Made by a program: the position numbers and the translations under genes
DNA from: an uncultured candidate division Zixibacteria bacterium
GTDB lineage: Bacteria; Zixibacteria; MSB-5A5; GN15; PGXB01
Direction of reading: 5' to 3'
Length of the DNA: 64,000 bases
NCBI GenBank assembly: GCA_963702205.1
Contig: OY969724.1
Location: 224,001 to 288,000, forward strand
Notes under the pieces: model-generated
Database searches by the model: none
What the model saw: only the letters and a program-made list of their open reading frames with translations
What the model was told of the DNA's origin: nothing
Shown here: in pieces, positions 18,736-27,687 of the stretch
How positions within the stretch are numbered: position 1 is the stretch's first letter
How the letters are laid out: every line of letters begins with the position of its first letter

Positions 18736-19404
18736 CTAGGCCGTCCCCGGCGTTTGAGTGTTCGAGCCGGGCCGCCTGACGGCGACGATCTTGCCGATGA
18801 TGCGCAGCCCGTCGTCGGGCCCCACGGGGATCGGTCGATGCTTCCGGTTTTCCGGTCTCAATTCAATTCTCTCGCCTCGTATATAAAGCCGCTTCACCGT
18901 GGCTTCGTCCTCCAACAACGCGACTACGATGTCACCGTTCTCCGCCACGGGCTGTTGTCGCACCACCACCAGGTCGCGCTCCCGGATTCCGGCGTCCACC
19001 ATGCTGTCTCCGGTCACTTCCAGGGCGAAGCACCGGCCTGCCCGGGCGATCCCGCCTTCGACCAGCACCTCTCCGATGATGTTTTCCTCGGCCAGGATCG
19101 GTTGGCCGGCCGCCACTCGGCCGATAATGGGGACGGCCACCAGATCCGGAACGTCATCCTCCGGATCGCGCAAGATGACGATGCCGCGGGCCTTTCTCGC
19201 CTCCCGCTTCAGATAGTCCTTCCGCACGAGCTGGCTCACTTGGCCATGGGCGCTGGCGTGCGATATCCCGAGGATGTCCGCGAGTTCCTTCATGGTCGGG
19301 GGGAACCCCCGCCGGTTCGTGAAGAGGCGGATCTCCTTCAATGTACGGCGCTGCGGCTCGGTTATTTCATGAACGGGGCGTCTGCCTCGTGGTCTTTGAT
19401 TCAT
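18736..19404 (-). CDS. lexA: LexA-like autocleaving repressor
   Basis: GFPPTMKELADILG HTH; VAAG cleavage site; GDSM (Ser) and ATVK (Lys) catalytic dyad. Confidence 0.9.
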   Translation of the reverse strand: MNQRPRGRRPVHEITEPQRRTLKEIRLFTNRRGFPPTMKELADILGISHASAHGQVSQLVRKDYLKREARKARGIVILRDPEDDVPDLVAVPIIGRVAAGQPILAEENIIGEVLVEGGIARAGRCFALEVTGDSMVDAGIRERDLVVVRQQPVAENGDIVVALLEDEATVKRLYIRGERIELRPENRKHRPIPVGPDDGLRIIGKIVAVRRPGSNTQTPGTA

Positions 19405-19494
19405 GTGTATCCTCAACCATCCAAGGGACTTGTCGTGAACAGCCACGGCCGCAGGGCCCGGTCGGGGCAAACTACGGCCACGTTACAGGCTGAT

Positions 19495-19523
19495 ATTATA
19501 CGACCTGATAGGCATCAGGTCAA
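19495..19523 (-). promoter_or_regulatory. Sigma70 promoter TTGACC-N17-TATAAT with embedded operator palindrome
   Basis: GACCTGAT-AGGC-ATCAGGTC (19502-19521) fills the spacer and overlaps the -35 box. Confidence 0.8.
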
Positions 19524-19638
19524 TAGAAAAAATGTACATGAATCAGGAGGTTTGGGAAATTGCCGGCGGGGGATGAGAAGAGACATCGGTGATCGGACGG
19601 AGGGATACAGAGGCGGCCGGTTGCCCTGAGCTGGGTCG

Positions 19639-20070
19639 TCAGCTCATCCGCTCTGCGGTAAGCTTCGCCCACATCTTTCGTTGACGCGACCAGTGGGACA
19701 CGGCGGCAATGGGGCGGACCTCTTTCTCTCGAAGGCGGTCACGTCCTTTGACCGTCCGGGGCAGGAAGAGAATCGCCTCCTGGATGTCCGGGGCCAGGTT
19801 GAGCAGGTTCATGATCTGGGTGATGCGTGCGCGGGTCACATAGCCGAGTCTGGCCAGATCAGCGTAGTCCCGCACCTCGCCGCGCCGGACCAGTCCGTCG
19901 AAGCGGATCGCCAGGGCCATCAGCTTCGATACGCGGGGGATATTCCCCGGCTCGATGCAACGATCCTCGTCCCGAAGATCGTTGCCGTTCTTCCGGCCGT
20001 GTTTTGGTTTGAAGCTGAAGGAGATCTCCAGCCGACTCAGCCCTGTTCCGTCGGAGGCAGGATTTTTCAT
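19639..20070 (-). CDS. HTH protein coupled to the serine recombinase
   Basis: YADLARLGYVTRARITQIMNLLNLAPDIQEAIL; ATGA overlap. Confidence 0.7.
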   Translation of the reverse strand: MKNPASDGTGLSRLEISFSFKPKHGRKNGNDLRDEDRCIEPGNIPRVSKLMALAIRFDGLVRRGEVRDYADLARLGYVTRARITQIMNLLNLAPDIQEAILFLPRTVKGRDRLREKEVRPIAAVSHWSRQRKMWAKLTAERMS

Positions 20071-21683
20071 GCCGACACCTCCCGACTGCGCATGTCGGCC
20101 TCGCTGCACAGCGCCTTGACTCCCGGCGAGCGGAAGGTCACGGTCACTCTGCCGTCCCGCCCGTCATACCCGACACGCTCGATGAGGAGTCGGACGATCC
20201 GAGATTGTTCTCGGGGAGACAGCGACTCCCAGACAGGATCGAATACCGCCAGCGCCCGGACCAGGTCGCCTTCGTCCACGGCTTCTTTCTGGATCGCGAT
20301 GACCTCTTCGCGGATGGCGGTCATCCGCTGTTCTATGGTTCGAATCTGATCCTGAAGGTCGGCGAGCTGGTCCATGGCCGCACCTCCGTTCGAGACGGCG
20401 GTGAAGGACTCGCTCACCAACTTCTGGACCCTGATGTGCAGCCGTTTGAGTTCACGCTCGTGGCCGCGTTGTTCAGTTTCCAGTTCCGCCATGCGCTTGC
20501 CGCTTTCCTCCCGGACCTGTGCAGCAGTCGCCGCGATGATTTCCTCATCCTTGCCTATGCTTCGGATGTGTTCAACCACCGCGGTCTCGATCTCGTGCGC
20601 GTTGAGCGACTTGGTCGGGCAGGACGCCCATCCTCGTTGCTGGGCGTTCAGGCAGACGTAGTAGCGATAGCGTTTGCCGTTGTCCTTGGCGGTGTAGGTA
20701 TGCACCATGCCGGTGCCGCAGGGAGCGCAGTAGAGTAGTCCCTTCAAGAGCGCTCCGTACTTATTGCGCACCTCTTTTCCTCCGGTCCTGCCGTTCCGCC
20801 GGAGCGCATCCTGCACCTGCTGCCAAAGGTCGATGTCCACGATCCCGCTGTGTTCGCCGTTGTAGATGGTTCCCTGGTAGTCGACCTTGCCGGTGTAGAT
20901 CACGTTGGTCAGGAGCCGAAAGAGACTGTTCTTGGTGAAGGGCTTTCCGCCGCGCTCCTGGCCCTTCTTGGTGGTCCACCGTTTGGTATGCCAACCGCGG
21001 CGGTCGATCTCCTGGACGACAGGGATCATGGCCTTGTGCTCCAGGTAAAGCTGATATATCGCCCGGACCTGCGCGGCTTCGTCCTCGCTGACGATCAGCT
21101 TTCCACCTTTAGGGTCCACGTCATACCCGAGAACCGGCATCCCGCCGACCCACTTGCCCTTGCGGCGCGCGGCGGACATCTTGTCGCGTGTGCGCTCGGA
21201 TATGATCTCCCGCTCGAATTGGGCGAAGGAAAGCAGGATGTTCAAGGTGAGCCGCCCCATGGAGCTGGTCGTGTTGAACTGCTGGGTAACCGAGACGAAG
21301 CTCACGGAGTGCTTGTCGAAGATTTCCATCATGCGGGCGAAGTCCAGGAGGGATCTGCTGAGTCGGTCTACTTTGTAAACCACCACGCAGTCGATGTCGC
21401 CCGACTCGATGCCGGCAAAAAGCCGCTTAAGGGCGGGCCGCTCCATGTTACCGCCGGTGAAACCGCCGTCATCGAACCGATCCGGAATGCACACCCATCC
21501 CTCGTGACGTTGGCTCGCGATATAGGCCTCCGCGGATTCCCGCTGGGCGTCGAGCGAGTTGAACTCCTGCTCCAGCCCTTCCTCGGTGGACTTGCGCGTG
21601 TAGATCGCGCAGCGGATTGTCCCGTTGATCCTTGATACCGACTCCCGGGCTTCTCCCCGGCCACGGTTGTTGTTTCTGCTCAT
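20067..21683 (-). CDS. Large serine recombinase (integrase)
   Basis: CAIYTRKST (catalytic Ser), DRLSR, recombinase domain, Zn ribbon CAPC...YYVC...C, coiled coil. Confidence 0.93.
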   Translation of the reverse strand: MSRNNNRGRGEARESVSRINGTIRCAIYTRKSTEEGLEQEFNSLDAQRESAEAYIASQRHEGWVCIPDRFDDGGFTGGNMERPALKRLFAGIESGDIDCVVVYKVDRLSRSLLDFARMMEIFDKHSVSFVSVTQQFNTTSSMGRLTLNILLSFAQFEREIISERTRDKMSAARRKGKWVGGMPVLGYDVDPKGGKLIVSEDEAAQVRAIYQLYLEHKAMIPVVQEIDRRGWHTKRWTTKKGQERGGKPFTKNSLFRLLTNVIYTGKVDYQGTIYNGEHSGIVDIDLWQQVQDALRRNGRTGGKEVRNKYGALLKGLLYCAPCGTGMVHTYTAKDNGKRYRYYVCLNAQQRGWASCPTKSLNAHEIETAVVEHIRSIGKDEEIIAATAAQVREESGKRMAELETEQRGHERELKRLHIRVQKLVSESFTAVSNGGAAMDQLADLQDQIRTIEQRMTAIREEVIAIQKEAVDEGDLVRALAVFDPVWESLSPREQSRIVRLLIERVGYDGRDGRVTVTFRSPGVKALCSEADMRSREVSA

Positions 21684-22216
21684 TCGTTCCTCCTCTCGTG
21701 TTTTCGGCTTCCGCCCTTGGCCGCGCCATCGGCGATACCGAAGAAGAGGAACCCGTTCCACTTGCTCCCGGTGACCTCCTGGGCGATTGCGGAGAGGGAC
21801 TTGAAGCGGTGGCCGTCGAACTCGAATCCGTTGTCGAGGACCTTAACCACGACATCGCGCCCTTGAAACTCGCGGGCGAGCAAAGTGCCGGGCAGAGGCA
21901 GCCTCGGATCGCGCGACGGGGATATGCGGCCGGTCGCAGTTCTCGCTTTGACCTCGGCCGAACCAGAAGCGACCGGATCACGCGGAGCCCGCGTTCTCAA
22001 GTCAGCGTCATTGGCAAGTTCCTCGGCCCTGCGCCGGGCTCGCTCGGAAAGGCCGCCCTCGGCCAGGGATTGGATACGCCAAGCGATGCGCTTGCGAAGG
22101 AACTCCTTGTGGTAGGAGCGGGTCTCCTCCCCGAAGACCTCGAGGTATTTTCCCCGCAGCTCTCCGACTGTCATCCTGGAGAGTCCCTGGACCTCTTGAT
22201 ACGTCGTTGCTTCCAT
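21680..22216 (-). CDS. DUF2924 domain protein
   Basis: LRKRIAWRIQ..AEGGLS...PLPGTLLAREFQG...SLSAIAQEVTGSKWNGFLFFG. Confidence 0.85.
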   Translation of the reverse strand: MEATTYQEVQGLSRMTVGELRGKYLEVFGEETRSYHKEFLRKRIAWRIQSLAEGGLSERARRRAEELANDADLRTRAPRDPVASGSAEVKARTATGRISPSRDPRLPLPGTLLAREFQGRDVVVKVLDNGFEFDGHRFKSLSAIAQEVTGSKWNGFLFFGIADGAAKGGSRKHERRNE

Positions 22217-22283
22217 CCGAAACCTCCTTGGTTCATGGGCTTCGCCCTGGCGGGCGGTCCGTCCGCACCGCAATCTCAGGGCG

Positions 22284-22505
22284 TTAACTCGTGAATGAAT
22301 GAAGGCTTCGGTGGCCCGAAACATCAAGGCGTTTCTCTGTAAACGCCTCAGATTCTTCGACTTGCGCCATATGCGCCGCTCCGCCATCCAAATCAAAGGC
22401 GAGTCGGCGGCCTTTTCGATGGCGCATGTAGCCCCGGGCCAGGATCGTTGCGATCTCCGATGTCACCTCTTCAAGCGAGGCTGGAACGTGTTCGTTGGCC
22501 TGCAT
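22284..22505 (-). CDS. Small hypothetical protein (MQANEHVPASLEEVTSEIATILARG...)
   Basis: AGGAGG SD; first gene after motif copy 5. Confidence 0.5.
   Translation of the reverse strand: MQANEHVPASLEEVTSEIATILARGYMRHRKGRRLAFDLDGGAAHMAQVEESEAFTEKRLDVSGHRSLHSFTS
22303..22333 (-). promoter_or_regulatory. AACGCCTTGA-N13-CGAAGCCT motif upstream of DUF2924-serine recombinase
   Basis: Matches 2330-2360. Confidence 0.55.
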
Positions 22506-22715
22506 CCGGTCCTCCTTTGCGGGAGGCCGCGGAAGGGACCGCAGTGGATGCCGCCTGGGCGGGATAAGACCAGCCGTCCAAAGGGGCCGTTGGAGCCCGC
22601 CCGACACCGCATGAGGGCGATGTCGTCGGCACCCACAACGGTCTCCGTTCTCACGGCCGATTCCGCTGTCTGGTAATCCGCTTTCGCCGGACCACTTGAT
22701 CCGGCTTTCGTCGGA

Positions 22716-22745
22716 TACCTACCGGAGGGGAGTTCGAAACGTCGA
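22716..22745 (-). promoter_or_regulatory. Bipartite motif copy 5 (TCGACG-N13-TCCGGTAGGTA)
   Basis: Upstream of the integration module. Confidence 0.7.
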
Positions 22746-23015
22746 AGCGGGTGCCCGGATGCAACCGGGCTGTTAAACAAGGCGACTCGAAAAACGGAGA
22801 ACGGGAGAATTCGGAGAGGACATTTTCGGTGAGCGCACGCAACCCCCACGGTTGCGCCCGAACCCCGAGCGGTGAGCTTCGAAATGGAGAATCAAGAAGG
22901 ATGTGAGAGGTGGCGTAAGTCGGCGTGGACACGCCTGAAACGACGAGACCCCGAGGGGATCACCCCACGGGGTCTTGCGTTAAACAAGAACCGCTGAAAT
23001 CAGCGGATTGAATTT

Positions 23016-23091
23016 TGGCTCCCCCGGCAGGACTCGAACCTGCGACCCGCTGATTAACAGTCAGCTGCTCTACCAACTGAGCTACAGGGGA
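23016..23091 (-). tRNA. tRNA-Asn (GTT)
   Basis: 76 nt TCCCCTGTAGCTCAGTTGGTAGAGC...CTGTTAA...GGTTCGAGTCC...CCA cloverleaf. Confidence 0.97.
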
Positions 23092-23419
23092 GTATAAAAT
23101 TTTCTCCACTTGCTTCGGCATTTCCGTCGGCCGAGGATTAGGCTTGTGAACTTACCACCCCTATCCTTCATGCAGACATTAAGGGCGATCAACGGCCAAG
23201 CTCATTGCTTTCTCCAGCCCTATTGCACGCTTCCGCGCCTGCCAAAGCTTCGTCTTTCAAGACGAATCACATTATATATCAAATGAACGTTTTGTCAAGG
23301 CGAAATCACGCCTACCGGATACCATTCCATCCGGCCCTAAGACGGTCATTTACGTCCCTTATCGGCCATTGCAAAAAATCTCTATACATCCCGGCGGATA
23401 TTTCTTATTTTCTAAGCCC

Positions 23420-24223
23420 ATGGTTCGGTTGAAACGAAATATAAAAATAACCGTGCCGATATTCTCCCTGCTATTTATTACCCTGTTATCGGCAATCGGG
23501 GCAGACGCCTCGGAGTCGGCCCGAGAACACCCCGACGGCACCATCGGGAGTTTCAGCGTCTATATCAGCGGGCAATACCTATCCGTTTCCAGCACCAAAG
23601 GCCTGGTCACCCACGATCAACAGCGGGCCAATCTCGATCTGGCTTTCCCCGTCAACACGAGGATTGCGATTACCGGCGGCTACGGTATAGAACCCGATGA
23701 TACCCTGTTCCACCACGCGTCTCTGGGCCTGACGGTCTATACCAATCCGAACGATTCCGGCATATCCGCTGTTAACCCCGACGGCCCCATCGGTGCCCCG
23801 GTGATTTCGATCGGAGCGGCATCTAAAATCAGAGATGACAATACTTCGGATACCCGGTACGAATTCTCGGCCAAGCTGCTTGTTCCGTCGTCGCCTCACC
23901 TGACTGTCGGCGCCGGAATCAATCATTACGATAAAAGCGACCCGCTGATTATCGACGAGTTTTTCGGAACGGTCGCCTGGTTTTTCAAACGCTATGACCC
24001 GGACCTGCCTTATATCAACCCCGACGGTCTCCCCGGCTACCCCGTTTTTCGTCTGACCGGCGGCGGGAATGCCGACGGCCTTTTCGGGCAGTTGGACGTG
24101 GTCGTGCCCATGTCGCCGCGATATTCGCTGACCGTATGGGCCCGGGGCGAGAAAATTTCCGATTTCGGGATTAAAAAAGTCGGCGTCGGGGCCGGTATAA
24201 ATATATATCCCGGAAACAATTAG
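23420..24223 (+). CDS. Exported hypothetical protein, possibly beta-barrel
   Basis: Signal peptide; alternating beta-strands; internal repeat NPDGPIGAPV/NPDGLPGYPV. Confidence 0.65.
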   Translation: MVRLKRNIKITVPIFSLLFITLLSAIGADASESAREHPDGTIGSFSVYISGQYLSVSSTKGLVTHDQQRANLDLAFPVNTRIAITGGYGIEPDDTLFHHASLGLTVYTNPNDSGISAVNPDGPIGAPVISIGAASKIRDDNTSDTRYEFSAKLLVPSSPHLTVGAGINHYDKSDPLIIDEFFGTVAWFFKRYDPDLPYINPDGLPGYPVFRLTGGGNADGLFGQLDVVVPMSPRYSLTVWARGEKISDFGIKKVGVGAGINIYPGNN

Positions 24224-24337
24224 ATTTTCCAGCTCTCTCCTTTTTAATCCATACCATAAATATCTCCGAACTCGCGAGCCCGCCGGGAGTAAAAATATGT
24301 GCAAACATGGACTGAATTGAACCTCAAAGGAGTGCTT

Positions 24338-25315
24338 ATGAACCAAAGGAGATTTTTTACAGTACCAATCCTGATCGCTTTGGCGGCGCTCTTCATATTA
24401 AGCGGGCCCGCGCCCGTGAAAGCTGATTCCGATCAGGGTTATCTGGGGGTCTATCCGCAGACCATCGACAAGGACTTGAAAGAGGCATTTAAACTGAACT
24501 CCGACCACGGAGTAATAATCAAAGGCGTGGAAAACGACTCCCCGGCCGATAAAGCCGGTATCAAGCAGGGCGATATATTGCTGGAATACAACGGTCAGGA
24601 TCTGGCAAGTGCCGATGACCTCGTACGCCTGGTGCACAATGACAAACCCGGTCAAAAAGTCGACCTGGTAGTTCTCCACAAAGGCAAAGAGAAAAACGTC
24701 TCGTTGGAATTGGGCGATGCCAATCAGTATGCCGACAATGATATGCGATCCTTCTTCGGTCCGGGCGGCCATATGGCTCCCGGTGTGCATTCCTTCAGCA
24801 AAACCTGGTCGTCCGACAACTCATCCTTAACCGACACCTATATCGGCGTGGAGCTGTCCAGCCTGTCCGAGCAGCTCGGGCAGTACTTCGGGGTCGACAA
24901 CGGCGATGGCGCTCTCGTCACGACGGTCATGGATGATTCCCCGGCTCAGAAGAGCGGCATCAAGGCCGGTGACGTTATCGTCGACATCGATGGCAGTCAG
25001 ATCGACAGCCCGTCCGACGTCCAGCAAATAGTCCGCAAGGCCAATAAAGGCGATGAACTGGCGGTGACGGTCCTGCGCGACAAGAGCCGTCAAAAGATAG
25101 ATATCGAAGTCGCCGAAAACGAAAACATGAGCTTCATGAACCCGGACCAGTTCAACTGGAACGATAACAATTTCCCGTTCTTCGCTCCCCAGATGAACGG
25201 CCTGTTCCGGGGCAACTTCGACAGCAACACGCAAAACGACAACCAAAGCCTTCGTAAAGAAATCGAAGCTTTGAAAAAGGAAGTCCAGGACCTTAAGGAC
25301 CAGGTAGGCAAATAA
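24338..25315 (+). CDS. Exported tandem PDZ domain protein
   Basis: Signal peptide; GYLGV...SPADKAGIKQGD and YIGV...SPAQKSGIKAGD; no protease domain. Confidence 0.85.
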   Translation: MNQRRFFTVPILIALAALFILSGPAPVKADSDQGYLGVYPQTIDKDLKEAFKLNSDHGVIIKGVENDSPADKAGIKQGDILLEYNGQDLASADDLVRLVHNDKPGQKVDLVVLHKGKEKNVSLELGDANQYADNDMRSFFGPGGHMAPGVHSFSKTWSSDNSSLTDTYIGVELSSLSEQLGQYFGVDNGDGALVTTVMDDSPAQKSGIKAGDVIVDIDGSQIDSPSDVQQIVRKANKGDELAVTVLRDKSRQKIDIEVAENENMSFMNPDQFNWNDNNFPFFAPQMNGLFRGNFDSNTQNDNQSLRKEIEALKKEVQDLKDQVGK

Positions 25316-25358
25316 ACACCCTTCAGTCAAGTTATCCTCAATGCGGGGATAACGGCAG

Positions 25359-25392
25359 AGACCCCGGTATTCGGTTGTGCCGGGGTTTTTTT
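25359..25392 (+). terminator. Intrinsic terminator
   Basis: ACCCCGG...CCGGGGT followed by a T-tract. Confidence 0.7.
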
Positions 25393-25449
25393 ATTGGCGT
25401 CTGAGATTTGTAAATTATATTATGGAAAAACCATTTTCGAGGATAAGCC

Positions 25450-26418
25450 ATGCCGCAACTGACGGTTGAAAAACTATATAAAGAACGCAAAGACTTCTTT
25501 GACCTTACCCTGCTCAATTCCGAAAAGGGCCTCAAGAAAAAACTCGTCAATTCCGAGATTCACAGGCCGGGACTGGCCCTGACCGGATTTTTCGAGCGCT
25601 TCCCCAACCGGAGGACACAGGTGCTGGGTCAGACCGAAATCACCTACGTTTCTCAATGGTCGCCGGACACGCTTCAGGAGCGCACCCAGCAACTGTTCGC
25701 CCAAAACGTCCCGCTGATGATTATCTCCAAGGGCATCACGCCGCCGATCGAATTTCTCGCGATCGCCGACAAGTACGAAACCGCCGTCTTTTCATCGCGG
25801 TTGAGCACGTCGGAGTTGACCAACCGGCTGGCAGCGTACCTCGATGTCATCTTCGCCCCGTCGATCACCCGCCACGGGACACTGGTCGACGTGTACGGTG
25901 TCGGGTTGTTGTACACCGGTAAGTCGGGCATCGGTAAATCCGAAGTCGCTCTCGACCTGATTGAGCGCGGACATCGGCTGGTGGCCGACGACGTCATCCG
26001 CATCACCCGCAAATCGGCCGACCTCGTGGTCGGGACCGGCTCGGAACTGCTGGGGCATCACATGGAAATCCGCGGTATCGGCATTATCGACGTGGAGAAG
26101 CTGTTCGGTATACGCGGTATCAGGATTCAGAAGCGCATTGAAGTCGAAGTGCACCTGTCGCACTGGTCTGAGGATCAGGAGTACGAGCGTCTCGGGGCCG
26201 AGGATCGTCATACGACCATACTGGGCGTCCCGATTCCGCTGGTGGACATCCCGATTTCCCCCGGGAAGAACATCACGGTGATATCCGAAGTCATCGCGAT
26301 GAATCATATGCTGAAAGTGTACGGTGAAAATACGGCGGCGGAATTTTCGAAACGGCTCGCCGAGCGCATCCATCGCCAGACCATGACCCGCGAATATCTC
26401 GAATCGGATTACGAGTAA
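25450..26418 (+). CDS. hprK: HPr kinase/phosphorylase
   Basis: HRPGLALTGF, GKSGIGKSEVALDLIERGHRLVADD, EIRGIGII. Confidence 0.96.
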   Translation: MPQLTVEKLYKERKDFFDLTLLNSEKGLKKKLVNSEIHRPGLALTGFFERFPNRRTQVLGQTEITYVSQWSPDTLQERTQQLFAQNVPLMIISKGITPPIEFLAIADKYETAVFSSRLSTSELTNRLAAYLDVIFAPSITRHGTLVDVYGVGLLYTGKSGIGKSEVALDLIERGHRLVADDVIRITRKSADLVVGTGSELLGHHMEIRGIGIIDVEKLFGIRGIRIQKRIEVEVHLSHWSEDQEYERLGAEDRHTTILGVPIPLVDIPISPGKNITVISEVIAMNHMLKVYGENTAAEFSKRLAERIHRQTMTREYLESDYE

Positions 26419-26439
26419 GTACAATTAATATTGTACGAG

Positions 26440-27620
26440 TATGTACAATCTGTTCTCTTGCGTCAGGTCACACCCATAAGAATGGCCAGGACCTGACGCA
26501 ACTTTGTTAACCTTAAATTGTCTGCGGCGGCAGATGCCCTCGTCTGCTCCATTTCCGTGCGTACACCAAACGCCCGGGCACTTGTGGACAAGTGCCGCGC
26601 ACAATATGTAGCGGACCCGACGCAACTTTGTTAACCCCAAATTGTTTGCGGCGGCAGATGTCCACATCTGCCCCATTTCCGCGCGCACACCAAACGCTCG
26701 GGCACTTGTGGACAATTCTTCGAAGGATATTTTAAGCAAGGGAATTATCAGAGGGATTGGGGTTCAATAGAGCCGTTGTTATTCAACGGTGATTTCGGTG
26801 AATAGGAAGATGTCGAAACCGCAGGGGTTTCGACCTACTGAGACTCACAATGTCATTCCCGACCTGATCGGGAATCCAGTTCCTGATTGTCTATAATAGA
26901 CATATCGTTCCATTATTCATTATAAGGCATAATGCCCGTTACGATTACGTCAAAGTGGGTTCGAATTTGAAAATACATAAATTTAATGCTCGCGCCGTCA
27001 CCGATATTACTTTCGGACTTCCCCAATGCCGTCGATTTATATTCAATCCGACGGTTGACGATAATTTGTTTTTCTGATGAAGACATCATGACACTCCTTT
27101 TATAAAAGGGAGCGTCCTGAATTACCTATGGGTTGGTAGGGAAATTGTGTTTATCTTTGTAATAATTATCTTAGCAGGTCGAAACCCCTGCGGTTTCGAC
27201 ATCTTTTTGTGCAAAAATCGACTTTTTCAAAAAGCCGTCTCTATAATTGACACCTGCGCATATTTCAATTCTTTGACATCCTCAAATACCAAAACCCCTT
27301 CGATAATTAATACGCCGTCCCAATAACCAAAATGCACCAATATTCTTCATCCGGCAATCTTGTAGGTCGACCTACAAAGACTATGGTGAATAGGAAAATG
27401 TTGAAAGCGCAGGACTTTCGACATACGAAGACTTCGTTTGTGTATCCAAGGGATTCAGAAAAACAAAGGACTGGATTCCCGATCAGGTCGGGAATGACAT
27501 TGTAGGTGATTTCAGTAGGTCAGGTGCCATGCCGAAGGTCCTGAGCCTTGCGATGGGTGCTCCTGACAAGAATATCGTCAAGCCACAAGTGGGTCTGACC
27601 TACGAAGAATAAGCCGGCCA
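26440..27620. repeat. Non-coding cluster of REP-like palindromes and a ~120-bp tandem duplication
   Basis: 26498-26601 resembles 26620-26715; inverted pairs 26811-26838/27174-27201 and 26849-26879/27471-27502. Confidence 0.75.
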
Positions 27621-27687
27621 AATTTATATTGACTTTCAAGACGGCTCGGGCGTTTAATATTCATGATTTGCATTCAGGGAGGATATA

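Larger units (their letters stand above)
1..23015. mobile_element. Prophage / integrative element, right arm (left end outside window), adjacent to tRNA-Asn 3' end
   Basis: Contains terminase, primase-helicase, recombination module, repressor, sigma factor and serine recombinase. Almost all genes lie on the minus strand. Visibly higher GC than the DNA right of the tRNA (estimated by eye). Confidence 0.9.

Noticed and set aside
23092..23270. Possible extra RNA between the TTGACA/TATAAT promoter and tRNA-Asn
   Set aside because: No cloverleaf or known RNA signature recognised
26498..26715. Tandem repeats as a CRISPR array
   Set aside because: Only two ~120-bp degenerate units with no unique spacers; parts recur as dispersed REP-like elements
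26912..27090. Short minus-strand ORF (MMSSSEKQII...) with an upstream AGGAG
   Set aside because: About 58 codons with no recognisable motif; not supportable as a gene
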